From: Hydrolagus affinis
Taxonomy: Eukaryota
Length of the DNA: 64,000 bases
Assembly (NCBI GenBank): GCA_012026655.1
Contig: JAAILG010000341.1
Span: 1 to 64,000, forward strand
Direction of reading: 5' to 3'
Shown: piece by piece, positions 1-12,335 of the stretch
Position numbering within the stretch: the stretch's first letter is position 1
Layout: every line of letters starts with the position of its first letter
Notes under the pieces: generated by a model
What the model was told of the DNA's origin: nothing
Database searches by the model: none
What the model saw: only the letters and a program-made list of their open reading frames with translations
Made by a program: the position numbers and the translations under genes

Positions 1-201
1 TCAAGGCCGGTTTGAAGACTTTCCTCTTCGACCGTGCCTTCTGTTCCCCCCCGAATTTTTCAACCTCCCCTTCGTGTTTCACCCCCGCCCAAACATTCCC
101 CTCCCAGCTCGGGTCACACTCCCCCTGTGCAGTGCCTTGGGACGTCCTCCCGACGTGAAAGGCGCTCTATATATGTAATTTGTTGTTGTTGTTGTTGTTG
201 T
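1..201 (+). mobile_element. 3' end of an L2 copy of the same young family
   Basis: Closely similar to 17907-18102, including the terminal stem-loop and (TTG)n tail. Confidence 0.92.
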
Positions 202-1327
202 ATGCAGAAGCAAACGGGTAGCGCCCCTTTGTTGCTGAGTTTCAAAGTATGATGGTCAACCTCATCAGGCTGAAGGAGATGTCATGTAATGTAAAACGTG
301 TAATGTTTTATTCCCTGGGTAGCAGCAGATCAGAGCTACCTCAGAGCTGCATCAGAGAGAGATCCTTCGGTCGGCTTCATAGAAGAACTTTTCCTTATTG
401 TAACAGAGGTCATTGCCTGCATCAGCTTTTGTTATGCAGGTTGCAGCTAGTCAAGTGCTAAATGATCACATGGTTCTGCTGTGGAAGTGTGTATGGGCTT
501 CAGGTGACGCACACCAATTTCACCTAGGAACCTCTGCATTTTACACACTGCCCTACTTGTTTGGACTGAATTTGCTTCACCGGCCCAGAGGTGGAGGGTA
601 AGACTAACTGACCATGAACTCACTCACATCCACCTGAGAAAGCAGTGTTCGAACTCACTGCGACATTCAAATGCCACCCCTTGGGTCAGCTTCTTGTGCA
701 CAAGCCACAAATCGCCTATTCTAAAATTGAACTCAGTATCAGTGGCCTCAAACACTTGTGCAATGCGGTTTGTTCATTTTTAATGCTGGTTCTTAGTTTA
801 ACTTGATATGCTCTTGTGCTGTATATTTCTATGGCACTAGGTTTTCAGTGATGGTACCCAATGATGGCACCACTTCCAATGCCATTCCACTGTAGCTTTG
901 TTCAAAATCCTGATGAATCGTAACATCTGAGATATTTTTAAGAACAGAAATTCTTAAAAGTAATTCTTTTGAACTTTTCTTGGATCATTTTTGCAACAGT
1001 TTGAGAAACTGGATTTCACTGCATTCATCTTCATTTCCATTGCAGTTAGATGCATAAGATATATAAGGCCTCCACTGGATTGAACCCCCTCCCCACCCCA
1101 TTAATAGACATAAATATATATACTGTATTATACATACTAAATGCCTTTGGCCATAACTACAGGGAAACTTCATTAAAACACTTGTTTCTCTGGGACTAAT
1201 ATCTCAGTGGCTGCATTATAAGCGAAGCATCCCCAAAAATTAATCGCCTGGTCACTTTGTGTACATAATTTGCAGGCATACTTTGTGCAACAAGTGATGC
1301 TGACTATTTAATTGCTGCTACTACTAT

Positions 1328-1751
1328 TGCTAATCCTTGCATTTGATATACAGCAGTGCCTTCTAACATCGTCGAGATGTCTCAAAGCTCTTCACAGAAT
1401 ATATTGTGGATATGAAGTGGATTGGCTGTAGCAGCAGCCAATTGTATCCTACAATTGTGTCCAATTGTATCCTACAAACAGTCGTGAATTGAAGGAGCAA
1501 ATTTTTTCTGGGAATACAACCCCTGGAAACGTGATCCACTAATTGACTAACAACCGGGTTCCTACTTACTGTTATGTAAACAGACACATGTCAAATAAGT
1601 AACTAACAACAACATCAACAACAACTTGCACTTATATAGCACCTTTCGGATGGCGTAGCGGAATTCCTAAGGTTTCGCCCCAGCCGGGAATTAAACCTGG
1701 GTCCGATCATTTGCGAGGCGAGCATTTGTGAGCACTGTTCGACTGGATTCC
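1328..1751 (-). mobile_element. tRNA-derived SINE, long subfamily, with a nested L2 tail (about 1605-1655)
   Basis: AATCCTTGCATTTGATATA tail through GCGAGGCGAGC head on the reverse strand. Confidence 0.75.
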
Positions 1752-2559
1752 TCTGAAGTGACATCAGTGGCATTTTAAGCATGCAATTAAACTATCAAAA
1801 TAACAACCAGAAAACTATCAAAATAGTTTGTGCCACAAAATCCACCTGCAAAATACACAGTCACGATACTTCACAGTATATCATTTCAAGCGCTTTGAGA
1901 TGTCCACCCAATGTGAAAGTCACGACATCAAATATAAGGAATAAAGAATTAATTTATCAGACTGCACCATGCATACAAGTATTCTATGCATTTTCTGGTC
2001 TGTGCCAAGATCAGCCAATTTAAATTAATTTAAGTCTACACAAAAAAAAACAAAGCATTCCTATACTAATAAGTCACAATGTTTTACTTCGGAAATGCAA
2101 AAACACATTTGTGCCTTTTAAACGTTATATTTTTTTCTTATCAGCAAAATTTATAGACCATTTCTGAGTCTGGAAAAGATTAATGGAGAAACACTGCAAA
2201 GAAAAAATATATTGATAGAAATGTTGAACAGACCAAGAGAAAACGAAAGCTATGTCTTAAATAACGGAGCACTTGTATGCACATACAACAGGCTAAGGTT
2301 ATTAGTCCCTATTATGCATATCAAGCAAGGCCATTGATTACAACACTAGGGAACTGTTCAAAGCTTAGAACAGGCCTCCTGATGGGTACTGATGTTCGAA
2401 TTTAAAGATCTGGCCCTGTCTTAGTTGTACCTGGCATCGCGTGACTCTTGACTGAAAAAATAGCAAAGGATCAGTGAGATCCAGGCTGAAGCCTCCATTA
2501 TGCAAATCCTCTCCTCTCCTTTTTGGATGTAAGCAAAATGTTGCCTTCAAAGTTGGATT

Positions 2560-2850
2560 ACGGGAGATGCCGTCCTTCGGATGAGACATGAAACCGAGAT
2601 CCCATTTGCTTACTCAGGTGGGCATTAAAGCAGAATGCACTCTGTATTTGGGAGATTTCTCCTAGAGTCCTACCCAACAATCCATCTCATCCAATAAAAT
2701 TGATCATTTAGTTCATGGTTATGTGTGGAACATTGGTCTGTACAAATTGGCTGCGGCATTCGCCTACAAAATCTGCAGTGACTAAACTTCACAGCAAATC
2801 CCTAAGAAGCGCTTTGATACATCGTCCTGGTATGAAAGATGCCATATCAA
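2560..2850 (+). mobile_element. Older DeuSINE (SacSINE1/AmnSINE1-like) fragment
   Basis: GAGATGCCGTCCTTCGGATGAGACATGAAACCGAG..CAAATTGGCTGCGGCATTCGCCTACA resembles the Deu domain as I recall it. Confidence 0.75.
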
Positions 2851-4269
2851 TTGATAATAATAATCCTTGCATTTGATATAGTACTTTGCATGTCTTCTAG
2901 ATGTCTCAAAGCATTTCACAGAATATACTGTAAAGTGAATTGACTGTATATATGTAATATATATTATATATACAGTCAATATATATAATATACATGTAAA
3001 ATAAATGCAAGGATTATTGTTCACTTATCTTCCGAATTCCAACCAGGACCAAAGAGAAGGTACCAGTGTAATTGAGACTATACACATCCCACTAATGTTA
3101 AATAAATGGGGAAAGGTGAACAAGACAGCCAAACACATTTGGGAGATTATAGATATTCTGAGATGCTTGTTGGTTTATACTGTCTTATTCTCCATCATGA
3201 AGGCAAGGAACTTTCATCGTGTACATTCGACACTCTGCCATTACTTCTGGATGTAACGCTTGTAAGAACACAGCAATTTCCTCAAATGGAGGAAGCTACC
3301 TTTTGACAAGTGGCTTTTGCGTGGAACAAAATGGGTTAAAATGAGAAAAGAATGATGACGTCAAAATTCCTTTTGTAAAAATAAGTTGATAGGATGATGC
3401 ATTAGATCGGTGAATTATAACAAACATTCGTAATGAGAAAACAAAACATTAATAAAGAAAACACTTTAGCGATTTTAAGTTATAAACAAGTTTTAAGAGG
3501 ACCAGATGTGTTTTCTAAAGAATAGAATAACAAGCTGTTGTTAGCTGCACAGAATGTTCCATGTGGCATTTATTGGCTAATGATAATGAAAACAAGACTT
3601 GGGAACTTTGAAAACAATGGTCCGAGGAAACACAAAAGCAGGAAAAGTGAAACCTGACCAATTTAGAAGGTGTGATGACAGCAAAACTACGGAGCCAGGA
3701 ACATAGCTGTGAGTGTGTGGCCCAAATGCTGATTACCAATAGAATGGCGGGGGTTCATTATGGTTGAATGCGGCATTGTTTTACACTTAGAAGAGATTAT
3801 TCAATGGTGCTGATTAGAAAAGGTTATCTCTTTTTATAGGATCATGTTGGCCTTCTCTAATTTTGTACATCTTCAGTGTTTTTCACAAAGAAAAAAGAGT
3901 TGCTTTTTTGGGTGGGGTCAACCAGATGTCTGAAACAAACAGTAAAGGTTTACTTGGTTTCGAGTCAGACCTTCTGCTTTCCCTCCTATCCATCTGGTCA
4001 TTCCCTTATACCAAAAGACAATCTTTGAAATGCGAGCAATGAGCAAGTGGCTGATGCCTTTGCATGTGTGTGGGAGAACGCCATAATAATAATTATAATA
4101 ATGCTTACATTTTGATATAACTCCTCATCATGTCTTTGAGACGTGTTAAAGCAGGATATACTGTAAAGAGAATTGACTGTGTATTTTGTGGGTGAGGCAC
4201 GGCAGCAAATTGAGCACAGCAGAATGATAATTTGATAACAACTTTTAAGAGAGAAGTAGATAATTATTT

Positions 4270-4385
4270 GGAGGGGACAAGTTTCCCGAGTTATGGGGAG
4301 AGTGGGATTGATTTGGATAGCCGGCACAGACATGATGGGATAAATGGCCGCCTACTGTGCTGTATAATTCTATGATTCTATATAA
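4270..4385 (+). mobile_element. CR1 3' tail
   Basis: GGCACAGACATGATGGG..AATGGCC..CTGTGCTGTATAATTCTATGATTCTA. Confidence 0.8.
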
Positions 4386-6494
4386 TGGCCTCTCACGTTA
4401 GGAGAACTCTCCAAAACCCTTTGCATAAGGAGAAGTTGGAGCTTGCCTGACAGCCCAGGAGATAGTGATGTGAACACAATCTAGTCAGTATTCGGGCAGG
4501 CTGCTCATTGCACCCAGCAATCCTTAAAAGTTGTGCAGTTTGGGGTCTTCAGTCCTGTACAGCCCTGCCTCCGCTTGGACTTGAACACACTGGAAGTGCA
4601 AGGCCCATTTCCTATTTGAAAATTGGGTGGATTTTATTTTGCTTTGATACTGCAAATGCACTTTGCTGTTATCAATACAGTGATGTGGAACAGGAAGCTC
4701 AATTTATGCCCCTTTATGCTCGAAATTGAGGGCTGAAAATACCACAAAACACCGGATTTCAGCACCCTATCCACATGTGCCTTGGCACATACACAGAAGC
4801 ATTGAAATTGAGTGTCTGCTTTTATTGTTATTAACAACTGGCCTTGTTATTAAAAAATAAAAGCAGTTCAAAGTTCCCGAGCTGTCCGACGTCATCTGGA
4901 GATCTTTGAGAGAGCAGGAAGAGTGAACACATGCAACTCATCACGTTTATACTGGTGGATGCGTTCCAATCGCATTGCTCCGCATACCTCCTGGTGTCAG
5001 GAACAGGACTCCAGCGGAATTGGCACTCTCTGAGCGCCCGGCTAGCCTACACGTTTGCCCTTGCATCGCTGGTTATATTCACAGCCAAGCTTACAGTACG
5101 ACACAGCATAAATTGACACTCAATCCTTGGGAGAGGTTTTTAACTATTCTCCTTTTGGAGTCTTTCCTGGGTCTTCCCTTTGAATTTATTTTAACTAAAA
5201 TAAAATAGCCTTTCCTCTTATTTTTTTAATAGTGTAAAAGCTGCACTCTGATCAAATCATGTTACTCTCTATCTAATGCTTGCCAAACCTTGCCACATGT
5301 GTGGCTAACAGCCCTGAAGCAGGAATGTGCAACAACAGTGAGGTAGAGCGAGCACCTTAACAGCAAGCCTGGAGCAAAACTACCGTGGTTTCCTTGGATA
5401 CTGCAGGGATACAGGTATGGCATGCTTTGGGGGGGTTAGTGGGGCAGATGAATAGTTGGTAAAAAAAATAATTACGCATTGTTAGAGAAGGTCAATAATT
5501 ATAGAGTTAAAATAAATATATGAGAAGGAACTAACAAAAAACACTTAAGTACATATTAAAAAAAATCCAAGGTAACTGAAAATAAAAACTTGTGCAAATA
5601 AATTGAATGACGTCGCTGGCATGCACTGCTTGCAACTTTGCAATATAAACATACAAGTCAGAAACAAAGTCATTTGTCAAAGGTAAAATATGTGGGGTGC
5701 GCAGTTGTGAACTGTATATGAATCCCATGAAAAATGCAGCCAAATTAAACACAAACAGGATACTGCTTCTTAAAAATTATGGCCTAATAGCACTAAGCAA
5801 GAATTCATCTTTACGGAGAGAGAGAGGCTTTGTACACCCATTAGTCTTTTGGCAACAGACAGAAAAGTAATATAAATTTAATAACATAAAAGAGGGGAAA
5901 GGAAATGCCAAAGCAATTCCTTGTCAAACACAACTGGAAAGAACGGTGATCCATCAATTTACAGAGACAATCTATAATCTGAGGCTAAAGATGCTGGAAC
6001 ATAGAAACGTGGTTGCTTGCTATGTACAATATTTTCCGAACTCGGTTGAAACAGAGTTGCTAATTCGGAGAAGCGCTTGCTTGCATAAGTCATGCGTTCA
6101 TCTTATAGGAAATTGAACTGCCACAGCCTGCTGCTGAGACCAAAGGCTCCTGCTTCTCAGACGTATGTCAGCAGTTAGTGGGAATGAGTGATTCTTTCAA
6201 ACCCGCAGACTGGACACAAAAGAGTTTCTAGTTGAGAGATAAATGCCGCCCTGTGAGTTCCTGTCACTAGATCATTCTGCTTGTAAGCTGTGCTGTGTAC
6301 CGCCATGCCTTGTGCTTTGGAACCCAGAATCTGGCACTCGTTATTTTACAATAAAAATAACGATAATATTTCTTGCGTTTTATATAGTGGCTTTTCACAA
6401 ATCGCTTCACACGATCTACAGTGTTGTGCAGTGACTGCATTTTGTATGCTTATTTGGCCCCCAATTATCCTTCATCCCCCACTTCCGGTCCCTC

Positions 6495-7075
6495 ACCAGT
6501 ACCGCTTTCTTCCATCTCCACCTCATTGCTCATCTCCGCCAATATCTCACCCAAAAACTGCTAAAATCCTGATGCATTCCTTTGCCACCTCTGGGCTGAA
6601 CTACTCCATCACCCTCCCCAATGGCCTTCCCTCCGCCACCATTCACAAAATCCAACTCTGCCACTCGCATTCTCACCCCAACCAAACTTTGCTCCCAGAT
6701 TACCCCAGTCTTCGTCAGACTTCACTAGCTCCTTGTCACAGAGCGGATCAACTTCAAGGTCCTCACTCGTGCGTAACTCCTCCACACCTGCCTACCCGTT
6801 GCCTCCGCTCTACTGAGTCTGGCCTCCTCCTTGTCCCCTGATACCTCTACCATCAGTGGCTATACTTTCAGCCACTATGCCCCAAAAGTCTGGAACTCCC
6901 TCTCTCAATCCCTTCACCTCATCCCCTCCTTTTCCATGTTCAGGTCGCGCCTGTCTGTTCGACCACGCCTACGGTCACCTTCCCCACTGTCTCGGCCATG
7001 GGCTCCACTATTATGAAACGCTCTGAGATGACGTCTGGTGTGGAGGGTGCTATATAATGCAAGTTGTTGTTGTTG
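6495..7075 (+). mobile_element. Degraded L2 3' fragment
   Basis: Remnant AKILMHSFATSGLNYS and FSHYAPKVWNSL peptides, ending GCTATATAATGCAAGTTGTTGTTG. Confidence 0.85.
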
Positions 7076-8619
7076 GGAAATAAATTCTGGCTAAACATAG
7101 TTTTTTAAAATGGAATGTCCTGCTGAATATCGCGAGCTTGAAAATCTTTGCTTAATGTGGTGAACGATTGTTTGAGTCTTACAGTATTTAAAATCAATGG
7201 TTCAACCATAAGATTGTGCCTATTAGTGACTGAATTTTAGAAAGGAATAATGAGTTTGATGTAGTGCTACGTTTTTCATGTCTGACTAAACAATGATTTT
7301 AGAGTTTGCACTTTTCAGGTGACACCTGAAGAAATACCCTTTTAACCGCGCTTACAATCAGGTTGTTAAGCTTTCTGAGCTTAACATCTGAGACGCTACA
7401 CTGTGTGAAGGGCGCTACACAAATGCAAGTTCTTCTTCTTGGAATTCAAAGAAGAATCACACTTTGTCCATGAATAGAATACAGTAAAAGCACGTTGGTG
7501 ATGTGTACAAATAAGAATGGCGCACAGCGGCTTCCCTTTGATCGCATTGGATTTACGCCAATCATTGAAAGAAGGTTTGCAGGTTCCCAACCAAATTTAT
7601 GTAGCATTAAACCATGCGGAACAGAAGACTGCAGTTTTAATTCCCTGAACCGGTTGTTAACCCTACAATTATCATTTGCACCACTAGATTTGGGAGGCAG
7701 TCAGCCATGACTCCTGCTCCTGATCATGAGATGGAAAGTGTGACTAAGTGGACATTGGGTGAGAAGAACAAAAGGCTTTGATACAATAGCACCTTCAGAG
7801 ACAACAATCCTGCTGATACTCACTGTTCAGGATTAGGTTCAAACATGGAGAATGCCGGCACTAATACCTCACTGGTTCCATGACTGGTAATCAAAATGTT
7901 TGTGTGGGTCAATGAATTCCTGTCTTAGGATTCCTTCAATAACCCTACAGTTGTAGCATGTGGGAAATGACAGCAAAAATGCTTCCAAATGCAGTGCATG
8001 AGCTGGAAATAACATCACTGGCAATCTGGTGATTGATTTGGAAGTCGGAAATTTTATTGTGTAGTAAAATAGCTAGCCAACACAGAACCATAGAAACAGG
8101 AGTAGGCTATTCAGCCCATCAAACCTGTTCTACCACTTTCTAAGATTCTGACCTGATGTGTACCTCAAGTCCTTGCCCCATATTACCATCGTAAGAAGCC
8201 ACGTGTACTACACTTTCAATTAGACACTGGAGCTACAAGAGAGGCAGTGCTATACCAAGGGCATTATAATGGGATTGCTCATTGCCCTAAATATAAGCCT
8301 GGGATCTTCTACTGTATTTGTGAACAAAAAAGGCATTGCACTAAAATTTCTAATAATGTGGGATTGAATTGTGTGGACCGTCATGAAAACATGAAACAGA
8401 ACATCGCAACCAGTATCTGACAGATTGACCAATTAACATTCTGGGTGCGACCCTGAAAACAGATGGGGAAGAAAAGCTTCTTTGTGGGATGGAGGGACAG
8501 ACAGAGGAAATAAAGCCATTGAGAGTTAAGTGGTTAACAAATCAAATATCAGTTTTTTGTAAATCAAAGTGTGAGGTTCAAGTGAAGCTCTGTAAAATAA
8601 TACCAAGCGATGGAATGGG

Positions 8620-8620
8620 G

Positions 8621-8660
<40 letters not shown>

Positions 8661-8677
8661 ATTAATCAATCGATCAA
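8620..8677. repeat. (ATCA)n microsatellite
   Basis: Direct read. Confidence 0.95.
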
Positions 8678-8867
8678 GCAGTTTACATAGGCAGGGTTGC
8701 AATTCACATGTCAAGCAAGTACAGGTTAAAGCATTTGATCACTGATTTAGAAGCACATACTATTTTCTATCTCTTAGTTGATTGCTTCATCTTCCACCTA
8801 CCACCCCTCCCCATCCCCAGCACTTTGGGACGTCCTCTCGATGTGAAAAGTGCTATATACATGTAAG

Positions 8868-8868
<1 letters not shown>

Positions 8869-8907
<39 letters not shown>
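8869..8907. repeat. (ATTG)n microsatellite forming the tail of an L2 3' end (about 8800-8907)
   Basis: Follows GGGACGTCCTCTCGATGTGAAAAGTGCTATATACATGTAAG. Confidence 0.9.
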
Positions 8908-11900
8908 TCCTCAGAGCACTTCAAACTACAGTTGATTTCCATCACAGAGATTTTCAATTTGATTATATTCCAGACTCATAATATTTAATTGAGCATTTGA
9001 TACACATTCAGCACATAGGTGTATTGGTTGTCTGAGTTTCTGAATATTTCTGCTTACACTGGTTATTGTTTGACAAACTTGCTATGCAGCAGGAGATAAT
9101 TGAGGCTGTCAGTAAAGCATTCAGCTGCTCTGTTAATTCAGCTTCCCGACATCATGCAAACTCTCTGTGTTTTCCAAAACGACATATAAACTGACACAAG
9201 TTGATCATATTGAAGCAAAGTTCCCATGAGAAGGTATGAACCGCTCTTGGTTACTGGAACCAGTTTTTTATTTGCAAGAATCATATATGTTATTAAGGAA
9301 TCCCAATGAGAACCACTGCTAATTATATCCCATTGACATACCTTTGGTGCCATGTAATGCCATAAAAAGCCAGTGTTTGATACAGTTAGTTTTTTTTATT
9401 GGAATCACAAGGAACAAATTAGACATTTCAAAGGTTTTGAATTTCCAAATTAAACCCTATGGATTGGCAAAATGACAGCTTCAGGTAGGGGCATAACATA
9501 GGTGCAGGACTGAAATGTGCTGCTGTGTAATGTTCTTTCATTCTTGGAAAAGATTGTCCTAACATTTGGACGGCAGACCTGACTCTGTAGTGCATTAGGA
9601 AGTGCATCAAGTGCCAAACCTAACTCCAGTCTCTACTTAAATTGTACACATGGCATCACTTCCAGTGGACTAAATTTAGACATACAGCCTTTGATGTTCT
9701 TATGCTACATCTGTGCATATTTGGTCTTCATGTTTAGTCAGCATCAGTTCAGCTGTATCAGCCCAAATTGGCCAAATTTAGTGTCCAACTTGGTTATTTT
9801 TATGTGCTTTACTTTAACCCAGTGTCAAGAACTGAACTAGTCCCAGCATGAAATGTAATTACTGTTCTGCAGTGTACCTACTTAAAGTTACTGTACTAAG
9901 TGAACTAATATGTAGGTGTGTTGAAAAGCAGGGGCGAGTGCCAATCTAAATCAACAGAAAATCAGATTGATTCGCTTTAAATCAAAAATCCAAATAACAT
10001 TTTTCAACCAGTTTGGGTGATTTAGGTTTGGACATTTCTTCCTTTAATCAGAATGTCCCATTGCGCACATTGAACGCCATCTTGCAATTCGGAATCTGTT
10101 TTGTGAAATGTAACACCATAATCCCACACTTTAGCCAATTTCTGACTACACCATATTGTCAGAAAGCACAGTAAGTCACTGTAACTTCATGTCTTACCGT
10201 AGACTTTTTTAGTTGCAGCAATATGCATATAAAACAAGATTTGTTTTGCATTATTCTAGTGATTTGTGGGTCTCGGATCTACTGTGAGTGTGTGTTAGAT
10301 CTCCCTGGAGATCCACCAGAAAACACGCATAAGAATCTCTGTGTCTCGCTCGTAGGTTTTTGTGTGTCTCATCTACATTATGGGTTAGATGCTATGCATC
10401 CAAAGCAGCAGATCTCCACAGTGATCTAGAAGTTTATACATCCAATTTTCAGTAGTGGTTCATGAACCAATTTTATTGCTTATGTTGAAGTATTTTGGAC
10501 AAAATGGAATCAATTGCCACTGGAATTAGTAGGAAACAGTTTCATACTTGTGGAGTTAGTGCCATTCTATATGATGAAGAAAGGCTATAAACTTCACAAC
10601 TTCATCTGTAGGTGAGACTATTCAACTCAATTTTCATGCAGGATACTTTTTGCTTAGGCCAATAACATCTTAATATTCCATTCACAGTGCTTGTACATGA
10701 GATTCTACACATGACAGCTTTTGATTTGAGCTTGAATTCCAGTGGAGATGGTTCCCAAAAGGGAGAGAGTGTTAAACTGAGATTTTCTCGTCTATCCCAT
10801 AATGGTTGCTTTCAGGACAGCATCAAAAGTTGGCTGGGAACAAGCCATGCTTTGCGTTGTGGAATGGTTCTTTGATCACAAGAATGGTTTAGATGAAAAC
10901 CCTTCCAGAATCTCTAACGTCCCTTCCATTACAGCATCATTGGATGTAGTTCAAAATTGGTTTGGATGAAGAAGGCCATTCGGCCCATTTGACCTGGGTA
11001 AGCTTTTTAAAATGAGTCCAATGTTCTGACTTCAAGCATTCTTCCTGTTCAACAATGATAGCAGTCCAGGTTGGTGCAGATGAGTGGAAGCATAATTGAA
11101 AGTAACAAAAAAAAAGCAAAGAAATAAGGCAATCTGGATAGCTTCCATTGCATGTAGAATTTAATCCACTTTTGTTTGGTGGATTGAAACTGACATCCGC
11201 TTTCCTCAGCATTTACACAGCACCTTGCCATTGAAGCATTATGGATGTCAGGAGCTATTAAATGACTATTTGCTGTATGTGCTGGATTGAACTTGGGGGT
11301 TGAAATCCAGTGGCTATTCAATTCATTTCAGTCTGCTTTTGAGAGTCTGATTTTGATTCTCGGCCAGATTAACACCAGCAGCAGAACTTTTTTTTACTTT
11401 GTAGGAAAAGCAGAATAATCACTTTTGTACAGACCACGTGATGCCTTTTGATATGGAGCAGCTGCACTTTGTGCAGGAGCCTGAGTTAGCAGCTGCCATG
11501 TAGATGGGGGCATGAATCAAGCATTATCCATCGTCAGGTGGCATGTGCTGCTTACTGCCTGGCCTGCGGAGCGACCGAGTGAATGATCGAGCAAAGCATC
11601 CGCTTCAGATCACTCGCCATCCAATTGGATTAACACCTCACCTGGCTTCAAGTGGATGTTGAATGGAACGGCAATGAGATTAAACAAAAAAGAGATCAAA
11701 TGCAACTGAAAAAGTTGAAAGATTTGCTTGAAACTTTGATAATTGATTCTCAAGATATAATGGGATCAAAATTGCGGTGTTCCTAAACGCATCCCCTTCC
11801 TCAAATTTCATTGTTGATAATTAAGGAACAGAATGTGTTTTTAGAAATGGAACAATCTTGACCCGCTAAAATTCAGTAGATTATGTACGTAAGACAATAG

Positions 11901-12059
11901 CATCCAGTGTATAGTTTGGACATTCGGTGTGCAGCTCATTTCTTAAATGGTAGTGATCAAGTGTTCATCAATGTATTACAAAGGAATGTAAATGGGAAAT
12001 TGACATGTAGATTTCTGTTAAGAAATTTCTTAGCAGAAATCTACATGTCAATTATCTTG

Positions 12060-12335
12060 ACTTGTGCATCAGCAGTTGGGCCTTTCTATTCCCACCCTTT
12101 GTAACTCCATCCCACAGTCTATTTGCCTTGCTCCCTCCCTTGCCTCCTTCAAGGCAAATCTCAAGACCCTCCTCTTCAACTACACCTTCGGTCAGTCTCC
12201 TACCCTTACCCTCCCTGCCCTCCACCCTTCCTGATCCCAACCCACTTCTTAGGTCCAAATCCATGACTGTTGCGTTCCTTGGGACATTCTCCCGACGTAA
12301 GAGGTGCTATGCAAATGTAATTTGTTGCTGGTGTA
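12060..12335 (+). mobile_element. Degraded L2 3' end
   Basis: CCTTCAAGGCAAATCTCAAGACCCTCCTCTTC..CTTGGGACATTCTCCCGACGT..GTAATTTGTTG matches the L2 3' UTR. Confidence 0.8.

Noticed and set aside
6290-6841. 183-aa ORF
   Set aside because: Chance open frame across a degraded C-rich L2.
10278-10430. Possible small MITE with GATC.ACTGTG ends
   Set aside because: Inverted match is too short and imperfect, with no TSD and no second copy in the window.
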